Shown piece after piece: positions 50,800 through 63,126 of a stretch of DNA of 64,000 bases. Within the stretch, counting starts at the first letter, position 1, and every line of letters starts with the position of its first letter. The DNA lies in NCBI GenBank assembly GCA_038087875.1, contig JAXLNO010000446.1, positions 434,001-498,000 on the forward strand. The letters run 5' to 3'. The notes beneath the pieces were generated by a model, which was not told the DNA's origin, searched no databases, and was given only the letters and a program-made list of their open reading frames with translations. Position numbers and translations under genes: made by a program. Origin of the DNA: Malacoraja senta. Its lineage: Eukaryota.

Positions 50800-53451
50800 G
50801 AGAACTGGGCTGACAGACAGGAAGCAAGAAGAGTAGGAGTAAACGGGTCCTTTTTCACAATGGCAGGCAGTGACTAGTGGGGTCACGCAAGGCTCAGTGC
50901 TGGGACCCCAGCTATTTACGATATATATTAATGATCTGGACGAGGGAATTGAATGCAACATCTCCAAGTTTGTGGATGACACGAAGCTGGGGGGCAGTGT
51001 TAGCTATGAGGAGGATGCTCGGAGGCTGGCAAGGTGACTTGGATAGGCTGGGAGAGTGGGCAAATGCATGGCAGATGCAGTATAATGTGGATAAATGTGA
51101 GGTTATCCACTTTGGTGGCAAAAACAGGAAAGTAGACTATTATCTGAATGGTGGCCGATTAGGAAAAGGGGAGATGCAACGAGACCTGGGTGTCATGGTA
51201 CACAAGTCATTAAAAGTAGGCATGCAGGTGCAGCAGGCAGTGAAGAAGGCGAATGGTATGTTAGCATTCATAGCAAAAGGATTTGAGTATAGGAGCAGGG
51301 AGGTTCTGCTGCAGTTGTACAGGGTCTTGGTGAGACCACACCTGGAGTATTGCGTACAGTTTTGGTCTCATAATCTGAGGAAAGACAATCTTGCCATAGA
51401 GGGAGTACAGAGATGGTTCACCAGACTGAGTCCTGGGAATGGCAGGTCTTTCATATGAAGAAAGACTGGATAGACTCGGTTGTACTCGCTAGAATTTAGA
51501 AGATTGAAGGGGGATCTTATAGAAACTTACAAAATTCTTAAGGGGTTGGACAGGCTAGATGCAGGAAGATTGTTCCCGATGTTGGGGAAGTCCAGAACAA
51601 GGGGTCACAGTTTAAGGATAAGGGGGAATCTTTAGGACCGAGATGAGGAAAACATTTTTCACACAGAGAGTGGTGAATCTCTGGAATTCTCTGCCACAGA
51701 AGGTAGTTGAGGCCAGTTCATTGGCTATATTTAAGAGGGAGTTAGATGTGGCCCTTATGGCTAAAGGGATCAGGGGGTATGGGAGAGAAAGCAGGTTACA
51801 GGATAACTGAGTTGGATGATCAGCCATGATCATATTGAATGGCGGTGCAGGCTTGAAGGGCCGAAGGCCTACTCCTGCACCTATTTTCTATATTTCTATG
51901 TTTCTATGTTTCCCCTGCAACCGCAGGAGATGCAACACCTGTCACTTTACCTCCCCCCTTGACTCCATCCAAGGACCCAAACAGTCTTTCCAGGTGAGGC
52001 AGAGTTCACTTGCACCTCCTCCAACCACATCTACTGCATCCGCTGTTCCAGGTATCCAACTTCTCTACATTCGGCGAGACCAAGCGCAGGCTCGGCGATC
52101 GTTTCGCTGAACACCTCCGCTTAGTCCGTCTTATCAACCTGATCTCCCGGTTGCCCAGTACTTTAACTCCCCCTCCCATTCCCAATCTGACCTTTCTGTC
52201 CTGGGCCTCCTCCATTGTCAGAGTGAGGCCCAGCGCAAATTGGAGGAAACAGCACCTCGTATTTCGCTTGGGCATCTTACACCCCAGCAGTATGAACATT
52301 GACTTCTCTAACTTCAAACTGCCCTTGCTTTCCCTCTCTCTCTCCATCCCCTCCCCCCTTCCCAGTTCTCCCACTGTGTCTCCAGACTGTCTCCATGTTA
52401 CTCTCTGGGGCTGCCTCAGAACAGCGCTGAGACTCTTATAATGCTGACTGGAAGCAGCACCCTCCACCAATACAGTCAATCCCACTTGTACAAACAAGGG
52501 TGGGGGGACACAACATCTGAATGATCTACACCCCTCACCACTGCCACCAAATCGTGGTTGTGAATATTGTGCTCAAATCACTGGGCCGACCTAGAAACCA
52601 AGAGGAATGGGCCTGCCCCACTTAAGCGACTCTTTAGGCGACTGCCAGGGTCCAATTTAAATGGAATTCACCTACGACACCTGGCGACAACCTACGACAG
52701 CAAAAATTGTTGCACCTGTCGCTGAAAAATTTTCAACATGTTGTAAATTTTGTGGCAGCCGCCTGTAGTCGCCCAAAAAATGGCCTAAGTGGGACAGGCC
52801 CACAAAGGACACTGCCATACGAGCAAAGTGTGCCAATGTTTCTCTTCAGTTTACCAGTAAGTAAAGAAACAGCTCATAAGCTGAAAGATCCATTGTGTTG
52901 GGTAAAGGCAGCAAGGCGTCACCGATCACATGCCAGGCCTTGTCCCGCCTCCGCCTCCGCCTCCTCTCCGCCAGCTTATTTTAGTTTATGATTATTGTCG
53001 CGGTGTACCAAGATACAGTGACAAGCTTTAGTTGCGTGTTTATCCAGTCAGCAAAAAGACTGCATGATTACAATCGAGCCTTTCCCACAGATACAGGATA
53101 AGGGAATATCATTTAGTGCAAGGTACTGTAATGTCCCATTAAAGAGAGTTCCAAGGACTACAATGAAGTAGACGGGAGGTCAGGACCGCTCCCTAGTTAG
53201 AGAAACCACTCTCTAGCTTTCTCACCCCCACTACAATCAGCCTGAAGAAAGGTCCCAACCTGAAACATCATCTATCCCATGTTCTCCAGTGAAGTTGCCT
53301 GACTTCCAGTATTTTGTGTGTTCTGCATCAAGCATCTGCAGTTCCTTGTGTCTACAACTAGTGTTGGTGTTGTTCGTGACTTAGAGCAGACCATCAGGCA
53401 GACAGTTCCCTTATCCTGGGTGATACAACTTGTGATATTAGAAATCTAACA
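50800..53451 (+). repeat. Direct duplicate of ~47988-50599 (CR1, Penelope GIY-YIG, MITE and unique flank)
   Basis: Colinear near-identity, both ending in agaaatctaaca; many 1-bp indels in this copy. Confidence 0.93.
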
Positions 53452-53766
53452 AAATAAAATCATCCCAGCCATTTCCACTGAAGTATAATCAGCAGTATAA
53501 CTGGAGAGAGGTGTTTACAACGGTGGGCAGTAGAAGCACTACACGAGCTGCCATTGAGACAGGTACAGTAACAACATTTAACAGACACTTGGGCAGGTAC
53601 ATGGATAGGAAAGGTCCAAGAAGGATATGGCCAAACGCAGGCAGGTGTGACTAGTGTATGTGGGGCATGTTGGTCGGCATTGGCAAGTGGGGCCGAAGGG
53701 CCTGTTTCTGTGCTGTATGACTGACTCTAAGAGTTTAAACGCAGAAAAGCTGCAGTGGTGTTTTCA

Positions 53767-54120
53767 GACATATAGACACACACACACAGGGTCACACACA
53801 TACAGACACATGCAGACACACACATACAGACACACACATACAGACACACACACACACATACAGACACACGCACAGGGTCACACATCATACAGACACACAC
53901 ACACATACAGACACACACATACAGACACACACATACAGACACACACATACAGACACACACATACAGACACACACACACACATACAGACACACGCACAGGG
54001 TCACACACATACAGACACACGCACAGGGTCACACATCATACAGACACACATAGACAAACACATACAGACACACAAGAACACACACACACATAGACAGATA
54101 CACAAACACACTCATTCACA
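53767..54120. repeat. Compound (CA)n-rich microsatellite
   Basis: acacacatacagac-type units; source of the HT/CV low-complexity ORFs. Confidence 0.95.
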
Positions 54121-54964
54121 TCAGGGGTGTTGATGATCGAGAATTCATGAGCCTCTGACCATTACAAGCATTCTAATGTCTGAAGAAACGTCACCCACCC
54201 ATTCCTTCTCTCCAGAGATGCTGCCTGTCCCGCTGAGTTACTCCAGCTTTTTGTGTCTATCTTCAGTTTAAACCAGCACCTGCAGTTCCTTCCTGCACAA
54301 GCATTCTAATATCAGGGCAGGGCTGGCCTTTCCTTGTTGAACCATGTTTTTCTCCCAACCAAAATATTACACTCACAAGCCTGGGGTAAAAATACTCAGG
54401 CATCCAATCAGGTTTGCAAAACCACATGAAGTTGAAGCCACTCCCCACACACTCACAGACACACACACACACTGCTGCTGCTGTGAAAGCCACAGTCAAT
54501 ATGTCCAGAGGTACGCCCGCTCACAGTCACCACACCACAACATTTCAGCATGAGAGCCTTTTAGAAACTTTTGAAGAATTTACCAACAAAAGAAAGGTAA
54601 TCTGGGGAATTCTCACCAGCCAAGGTCAGTACGAATGCCAGAGGGAGGTTTCTGCTGCCGTGTTATGTTACTAAATCACAAACTTTTGCCTTTGGGAAAA
54701 TGTGACTTGCTGTTGAAAATCAGGGAACTTCCACCTTGCACCTTGTAAGTTGCTGGACTTGTTCTAATCGTGGGTAGCAGCTCCCGTGGGTAGTGAAGGT
54801 ACATGGTTCTTGTGGCTCTTCAGAGACAGAGTGTGGGTTGGCACACCACGGGACTTCTCCATTGTTCCCTGTGCCAATTGAATGAGAGGTTAAACCAAGA
54901 GCCTTGATTTGTTGATAGACACAGTGCTGGAGTAACTCAGCGGGCCAGGCAGAGTTTCAAGCCG

Positions 54965-55420
54965 TAACGTCACCCATCCATGTTCTCCACAGATGCTGCC
55001 TGACCCGCTGAGTTACTCCAGCACTCTGTGAAACCTCACCTATCCATGTTCTCCACAGATGCTGCCTGACCCGCTGAGTTACTCCAGCACTCTGTGAAAC
55101 GTCACCTATCCATGTTCCGGCAGCATCTATAGAGCGAAGGAAATAGGCAACGTTTCGGCCCGAAACCCTTCCGGGTTTCGGCCCGAAACGTTGCCTATTT
55201 CCTTCAGGGTTTCAGCCTGAAAGGTTGCCCATTTCCTTCGCTCCACAGATGCTGCCTGACCCGCTGAGTTACTCCAGCACTCTGTGAAACGTCACCTATC
55301 CATGTTCTCCACAGATGCTGCCTGACCCGCTGAGTTACTCCAGCACTCTGTGAAACGTCACTTATCCATGTTCTCCACAGATGCTGCCTGACCCGCTGAG
55401 TTACTCCAGCACTTTGTGTC
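54965..55420 (+). repeat. 66-bp array with central palindromic insert (composite copy 2)
   Basis: Same core as 44042-44176. Confidence 0.9.
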
Positions 55421-55961
55421 TATCTTCCTGTGCTGTTCTATGTACTAATTGATATATTCCTGCACGATAGTTTCGTAGCCGGAGTTGCGAAAGTTCAAAG
55501 TTGATATGAAATGGAGAACGAGGGGTTGGCTGGGCCAGTTTGAGGATCAGTGTTGCTAGCGAGTGTTTACAGAGCTCCTGACACGATATGAATCCCACCT
55601 GCGACTCCTACAGCTGGTTTGGGAGGCCGTTGGGGAGATGGAGATTTAGGTACTGAATACAGTGGTGTGAGGGGAGGTGGAGGGAGAGTGAGACATGCGT
55701 AGAAGTAATGGTGGCACTGTGTGTTTGGGCGGCCTGCTTGCTGTAGATGTTGTTTGTAGAGGCTGTGGGCTCTGCACGCTGAGATTGAGTTGTAAACCGA
55801 GGCAGGGTGAGGTCAGTTGTCCAAGTTTAGCATCAGAAGCTGACACGTCAGCGAAGGGCCTTGGAGCGTTGCCCGCTGGACTGCCCGTAGCCTTGCTGGG
55901 CAAGCCTGCTGTCTTCTCCGCTCCTCTCTCCCTGAAACTACTTGCACAAGGCTTGCGAAGC

Positions 55962-56460
55962 GGTGAGGCCACATTTACAGTATTGTCTTCAGTTTTGGTC
56001 ACTCTGTTATAGGAAAGATGTTTTTCAGCTGGAAAGGGCACAGAGAAGATTTATGAGGATGTTGCCAGCACTCGAGGGCCTGAGCTATAGGGAGTGGTTG
56101 GGCAGGTAAGGACTTTATTCCTTGGAGCGCAGGAGGTGATCTTATAGAGGTGTAGAAGTCTTTAGCCCAGAGTATGGGAATCGAGAATCAGAGGTTTATG
56201 GTGAGGGAGGAAGGATTTAATACGGACCTGAGGTGTAACTTTTTCATAGTGTGGTGGGTGTATGGAACGAGCTGCCAGAGGACGTAGATGAGGCAGTTAC
56301 TATCGCAGTGTGATAACATTTAGACAGGTACTTGAATAGGAAAGGTTTCAAGGGATATGGGCCAAATGCAGGCAGGTGGGACTAGTGAAGATGGGACATG
56401 TTAGTTGGTGTGAGAAAGTTGGGCGAAGGGTTTGTTTCCATGCTGTGTGTCCCTATGACT
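55962..56460 (+). mobile_element. Degenerate CR1 3' fragment
   Basis: VRPHLQYCLQFWS..YRKD remnant and tail. Confidence 0.8.
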
Positions 56461-56746
56461 GACTAGTTATGTCTTCAGGTGGAAGGTTGACGTGGACCTT
56501 GGAGAAGTTGAACACTTGTTGCTTAATAACTTGCAACTCCTCTGAACAAAAATGAGTAGGATTTTGCTTATTTAATGAACTTGTTATTTTTAATACTTTT
56601 GTTTCAGGTTGGGACATTTATTGATTGCCCAACAGCATACGATATGTGCACTTATTAATTACGGCTTTATGCAAAGTCATTAACTTTTGGTTTCTTCAAT
56701 TAATTACAGCTTAATCTACAGTTAAGTGCCCATTATTGCTGGCAAC

Positions 56747-57093
56747 TCCACAGATGCTGCCTGACCCGCTGAGTTACTCCAGCACTCTGTGAAACGTCAC
56801 CTATCCATGTTCTCCACAGATGCTGCCTGACCCGCTGAGTTACTCCAGCACTCTGTGAAACGTCACCTATCCATGTTCCAGCAGCATCTATAGAGCGAAG
56901 GAAATAGGCAACGTTTCGGCCCGAAACCCTTCCGGGTTTCGGCCCAAAACATTGCCTATTTCCTTCAGGGTTTCGGCCCGAAAGGTTGCCCATTTCCTTT
57001 GCTCCACAGATGCTGCCTGACCCGCTGAGTTACTCCAGCACTCTGTGAAACGTCACCTATCCATGTTCTCCACAGATGCTGCCTGACCCGCTG
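56747..57093 (+). repeat. 66-bp array with central palindromic insert (composite copy 3)
   Basis: Same core as copies 1 and 2. Confidence 0.9.
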
Positions 57094-58957
57094 ATAATAC
57101 TTTGTTCAGCGTTTTCTCCAACCTATTATGTCACTAATGTTTGGTTTCACTAAAGCATGTATTGGGTACTTTAATATTATTTTATTGTCAACCATCAAAA
57201 ATCGTATTTTAATTTGAACAGCACAGCATGTTATCTGTTAGAAGATGTTAGAAATGATGCACATTAATGTCTTGAACTGCCTATTTACATTGTTGCTTTT
57301 GATTCTTCTGTTTGTGTTTGATTAGAACACGGCACAGTGTAACACAGGAACAGGCCCTTCAGCCCACAATGTCTGTACACAACAAGATGCCAAGACCATC
57401 ACTTATCTACCCGCACATAACCAGCATCCCTCCATTCTCTGCATATCCATGAGCCTATCCAAAGGTCTTTCAAACACCACTATCATATCTGCCCCCACCA
57501 CCACCCCTGGCAGCACGTTCCAGGTACCCACCACCCTCTGTGTAAAAATACTTGCCCCAAACATCTCTTTTAAACTCTGCTCCTCTCACATTAAAGTTCT
57601 ACCCTCTAGAATTTGTTTTTTTCCATCCCTGGAAAAAGATTCTGACTGTCTACCCTATCTATGCCTCTCATAGTTTTATAAACTTCTATCAGATCGCTCC
57701 ACAAACCTCCAGCGTCCCAGAGAAAACAACCCAAGTCTGTCCAACGTCTCCCTGTAGCTGAACCCCCTAATCCAATGGGTCTTTTATATCCCGTGTACTA
57801 AGGTTCAGTGATGTTTTTTGCATACAGATCAGTACACATACAATCCCCGATGAAGTACTGAAAGTCCACTGAGTCCATATGCAAGAGTGGCCAGCGTTTT
57901 GGTACCATTTTCCAAGTCCCAGCTGTAGCTGGCCATAAAGGCCCGTTACAGCCGTCACCTCCTTTCACGACAGGCAACATTCTGGTAAACCCCCTCTGCA
58001 CCCTCTCCAGAAGTCCCAACATTCTCATGTCATAAGGAGTAGGAGCAGAATTAGGCCATTCGGCCCCATCAAGTCTACTCCGCCATTCAAACATGGCTGA
58101 TCTATCTCTCCCTCCCAACTCCGTTCTCTGGATGCTTTCAAGAGAGAGCTAGATAGGGCTCTTAAAGATAGTGCAGTCAGGGGATATGGGGAGAAGGCAG
58201 GAACGGGGTACTGATTGGGGATGATCAGCCATGATCACATTGAATGGCGGTGCTGGCTCGAAGGGCCGAATGGCCTACTCCTGCACCTATTGTCTATTGT
58301 ATATTGTCTATTCTCCTGCTTTCTCCCCATAACCTCTGTCACCAGTACTGATCAAGAATCATTCTTCCTGGAATGGGAACGTCTGAACTGAAGGAAACAC
58401 TTCAAATGTGGCCAAACCAAAGTCCTGTAAATCTGTATTTAATAATACGTTTAAAGTGTATGTACAAAGTGGTGATGCACCACTGAACTGTGAGCCTGGT
58501 TAGCATGTGGGCATTCCCAATTTTAATGAATTCCTCTGTGAATAATCCCGTAGATGAACCAACTAGAGATGCAGCATGCTATGGTCTGGAATGCAACTGG
58601 TGTGGTCATGGATATTGACGCAGGTTTGTTTTGTTGCACAGTTGTTCATTATGTTTTCTTGTACATGAGAAATGTTAAAGGAAAAAGAGAGGGTACAATG
58701 TAGAAGGAATGGAGGAAGGTTGTTGAGGAATAATCAGTGAACAATATCATGTACCAGTTATCGTGCTCAAACCCTCATTGTAAATGGATTGCGGTAATTT
58801 GGCAAATCAAAGACACAGTCTGAAGAAGCGTCACCTATCCATGTACTCTAGAGATTCTGCTTAACCCCCTGAGTTACTCCAGTACTTTATTTCTTTTCGT
58901 AAACCAGCATCTGCAGTTCCTTGTGTCTAAATTCGGTAAAAAATGTTCTTGGATTTG

Positions 58958-59740
58958 TCAGAATCAGAATCGTTTATTGTCATTTGAACATACGTTTCTG
59001 CAGTCATAATACAAACAAAAAAAAACAAAACACACAATCACACAATTCCACACAAACATCCATGACAGTGAATCCCCAAACATCTCCTCACTGTGATGGA
59101 AGGCAAAAGTCTTATCTCTTCCCCGTTCTCTGTGCCCATTCCTCTCCCGTAGTCAAGCAGCCAAACTGCTGCATCGAGCCGATCGAGGCTCCTGATGTTA
59201 GATGTTAAAGCCCCCCCGGCGGGCGATGATAAGTCCCGCGGCCATTTAAGCCGCGCCGGGCGATGTAAGGCCCCGCTCAGGGTCGATTTAAACCCCTCGA
59301 TTCGGGCGGGCAAAGTTTGCCGTTGCGGGAGCTCTGAAAAGCGGTCTCCCACCAGGGACCCAATGTTACCGTCCACAGGCCTGCAGCCAAAGCCTCCGAG
59401 CTCCGAAGTCGGGTTGCAGCCGCGCGCCACCACAGCGCTCCGCACTCCGAAGTTGGCCAGCTCTGCGATGGTGAGTCCGCAAGCTCCGCGACTGGAGCCC
59501 CAGGTCGATTCCGGTTGGATGCTGCCGGCTCCTCGATGTTAGGCCCAACGACAACGGAGACTCGACAAGGAAAAAGTCGGGTCCCCGTACAGGGAAGAGA
59601 TTCAAAATTCCCCCCCGCCCCCCACATATACACAGCTAAAGATAATATAAAAACTAAAACCAAGACATCCACTTAACAGGACAAAAAGAAAAAAAGACAG
59701 ACGGACTGCAGAGGCCGCTGCCGACAGGCGCCACCATCTT
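58958..59740 (-). mobile_element. GC-rich non-autonomous retroposon, apparently full length
   Basis: Minus 5' end AAGATGGTGGCGCC (YY1-like start), GC-rich body, and tail aaatgacaataaacg(attctg)n. Confidence 0.78.
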
Positions 59741-60222
59741 GTATGTGGGGGAGAGCAGGTCAGGCAGCATCTGTGGAAGGAAATGGGAGTGCAAAACTAG
59801 AGGGCATAGGTTTAAGGTGAGGTTTAAGATTTAACGTGAATTAATGTGATTTAATCAAATGTGGAGAGAAAAGGGACTTGGGAGCTGGTGCAGGATTCAC
59901 AAAAAGTTAATCTGCAAGTCGAATCGGTAGTAAAGAAAGAAAACTCAATGCTAGCATTTATTTCAAGAGGGCTTGTATACAAAAACAGGGATGTAATGCT
60001 GAGGCTCTACAAGGCGCTGGAATATTGTGAGCCATTTTGGGCACCATTTCTGAGGATGGTGAGCCATCAGAGCCATTTTTGGGCACCTCCAGTTTAAATT
60101 CCATTTGGAATATTTTGGAGGACCAAGAAACCAAGAACCTATGCTGAGCGTTTGACGGCACTGGCCCTGTACTCACTGGAGTTTATAGGAATGAGGAGGG
60201 ACCTCATTGAAGCGTACAGAAT

Positions 60223-60415
60223 AGTTGAAGTGTGCGTATGTGCGGGACATTTCCAGAGTGTGCGCATGTGGGAGTCTCGGGTCGGCGAGGCCTGCGGAAT
60301 CAGCGATATTTTCCAGACGCTTTGAAGTTATGTATTACAGAAATGAGTTGCTTGAAGCTTAAATAAAGTTTAAGTAAATTACGAGTAGCGTAAAAGTTTC
60401 ATTTGCCTCACAACA
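60223..60415 (+). mobile_element. 5' LTR of a Ty3/Gypsy element
   Basis: Starts where a CR1 remnant is interrupted (agttg, probably TGTTG originally), contains AATAAA at 60362 and ends CAACA; gag ATG follows at 60460. Confidence 0.75.
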
Positions 60416-60459
60416 ATTTAAGCAACTCAATCTCAGAAGTTAAGCAGTGTGACATTGGG

Positions 60460-62030
60460 ATGGAGAAACTATTGAAACCACAACGCTTGGATCTGGATCC
60501 CAACTCACCTGCTGTTGCAAAGGATTGGAAGCACTGGCTTCGTACACTAAATAACTTCTTTGATGAGTGTGGCAATGATGCACCAGACAGATCCAGGACA
60601 TTAATAAGCTCCGTCTCTTCTGACGTATATGATTACATAGAGGATGTACAACTTATGATTCTGCTGTTGATGTACTAAGCAGACTCTTCGTTAAGACGCC
60701 CAACGTAATATTCGCTCGACACCTCCTTGCTACTCGGAAACAAAAACCTGGTGAGTCACTTGATGAATTTTTACTTCAAAGACTTGGTAAAGACTGTGCC
60801 TTCGAAGCAGTTACAGCTGATCAATATCGACAGGAACTTATTCCAGACTCTTTTATCAATGGTTTGGCATCTCCTTTAATACGACAGAGACTATTAGAAA
60901 ACAACACCTTGGATTTACAGTCAGCTTACAATCAAGCTACTCATTAGTCAAGTCAAGTCAAGTCACATTTATTATATAGCACATTTAAAAAACAACTCTC
61001 GTTGGCCAAAGTGCTTTACATTTGTTATAAGAATAGCATAAACAAACAAACTACATACATATATACATGTAGCCCTCACTCAGAGGACGTCAGGAAAGGC
61101 TTGGGAGTATAGATAAGTCTTTAGTCTTGACTTAAAAGAGTCGATGGAGGGGGCAGTTCTGATGGGAAGGGGGATGCTGTTCCACAGTCTAGGAGCTGCA
61201 ACCGCAAAGGCGCGGTCGCCCCTGAGCTTATGCCGAGACCGTGGGATATTCAGCAACCCCAAGTCGGCCGATCTGAGGGGCCTGGAGGTGGAGTGGTGGG
61301 TGAGAAGACTTTTAATCTAGGTGGGGGCAAGCCCATTGAGGGCTTTGTAGACATGGAGAAGGATCTTGAAGTTTATACAGAACCGCACAGGGAGCCAGTG
61401 GAGAGAGGCCAGGATCGGGGTGATGTGATCCCTTTTTCGGGTGCCCGTCTGGAGTCTCGCTGCGGCATTTTGGACCAGTTGCAGGCGGGACAGGGAAGAT
61501 TGGCTGATGCCAGTGTAAAGGGAGTTGCAGTAATCTAGGCGGGAGGAGATGAATGTGTGGATGATCTTTTCGAGGTCATCAAACTGGACGAATTGTTTTA
61601 TTTTAGCTATCGTCCGAAGCTGAAAGAAGCTAGCTTTTACCACGGCATTGACTTGTTTGTCAAATTTCAGTGCTGAGCCAAATATCACGCCAAGGTTTTT
61701 GACGTGAGGTTTGAGTAGTGGGGTCATTAGACTTGGCTCAGAAAAATTCAGATGCTTATGGCTCATCTAATGTGTATTCTGCTGCAACTACTACAAAAGA
61801 ATCTCACCCAAGTACTAATATGGGGCAAGCTGAAACAATTTCTATTGATAAATGTGCCCTTGCTGCAGCATATACTTATTCAAAAAGGAAGTGTTACTTT
61901 TGCGGGGGTAATATTCATAAGAGAGAGAGATGCCCTGCTCGAGAAGCAACTTGTAATAGTTGTGGCAAGAAGGGACATTATTCTAGAGTATGCAAGTCCA
62001 AAGCAACTACTAAAAGTGTGACTGCTGCCA
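60460..62030 (+). pseudogene. Gypsy gag (frameshifted, split by L2)
   Basis: MEKLLKPQRLDLDPNS..WKHW, FARHLLATRKQKPGESLDEF and DSFINGL..IRQRLLE; zinc knuckles CYFCGGNIH....C and CNSCGKKGHYSRVC. Confidence 0.88.
60948..61723 (-). mobile_element. L2 LINE inserted in gag, flanked by a tcattag duplication
   Basis: KNLGVIF...SRLDYCNSL...FKSRLKTYL; tcattag at 60941-60947 and 61724-61730. Confidence 0.9.
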
Positions 62031-62040
62031 TATATATATG

Positions 62041-63079
62041 TAGGTATGTTACAAAACTTACCTTCAGTCGCGCTGTAATTCTGCCACTGGCCGTGTGCGC
62101 GATTTTGGCGCCTTTAAGGGGGGGGCGGGGTTAAAACGCGGGTTTCTCCCTTGTCCTGGAAATATTTTGTTGGAGTACAAAACTTCGCTGACAAAATCGT
62201 TCCTACCGGCGATTTGTGAATTTTTTTTTTAAATTAAATCGTCAATGTCAGCGCTACAGTCATTTTAAAAGCAGCTCCTGAAGCGTCAACGCCAATAACG
62301 GGGACGGATTTCACACAATGGACAGGTAAACAAAAGTGCTTTCTTTAAATGTATAAAAGTGCTCCTTAAGAAGCCTTTAATTCACATTTTGTCATGCGAC
62401 ACGGTGATTTTATTCCCCGAATTAACGGCAGTATTTTTCATGCCAATACGGGGTTAAATTCACCGCAAATGAACGTTCCAAAAGATCGCGTTCCAGTAAT
62501 CCTCACTCACAAGATGAATTAAATGCCCATTAATTTACAGGTATTAAACATTCAATTCCTTCCATTTGGCCTGTAAATTCATGAAAATTAGATTTAAAAA
62601 TTATGTTATATTGTGAATTATTGTGTGAATGTTATTTGGACACTTAGGCTATTTAAAAATGTTAATCTATTCTTAAGAAATTGATAGATGTTTAGATCTA
62701 GTAATTGAATTTTGTAATTAGCTACAATTAGGTAACTAACTAATTATATGCTTTACTTTCATGTCTTCGAAGTAAGATTGTTTCATATTTGTTTCAGAAT
62801 GCTTCAATCTATAATACCTGAAAATTTCTTTCAGTTACCATAATTTTTAAGAAAGTTATGGGCTTTTAACTGTCCTCGATCACAGCTTTTGTGTTAAGTC
62901 AATGGAAAAGCAATAGGGAACTAGATGCTAATTTCTGAGTATGATAATGGCCATAACTTTTTTAATACTGAAGATATGAAAGTGAATTAAGTGTCAAATT
63001 AAACTTCTTTTTATGCTTTATCTGATGGGATAAATTGCAGACTTTATTTTTTAAATCTCAAAATTTTGTAACATTGCTA
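62041..63079. mobile_element. ~1-kb non-autonomous DNA transposon between gag and pol
   Basis: Imperfect TIRs TAGGTATGTTACAAAA / TTTTGTAACATTGCTA; direct repeat atatatg at 62034-62040 and 63080-63086; no ORF. Confidence 0.75.
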
Positions 63080-63126
63080 ATATATGAGAGAGATATGTCC
63101 TGCTCGAGAGGCAACTTGTAATAGTT

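Noticed and set aside
53654..54133. His/Thr-rich and Cys/Val-rich ORFs
   Set aside because: Translations of a (CA)n microsatellite.
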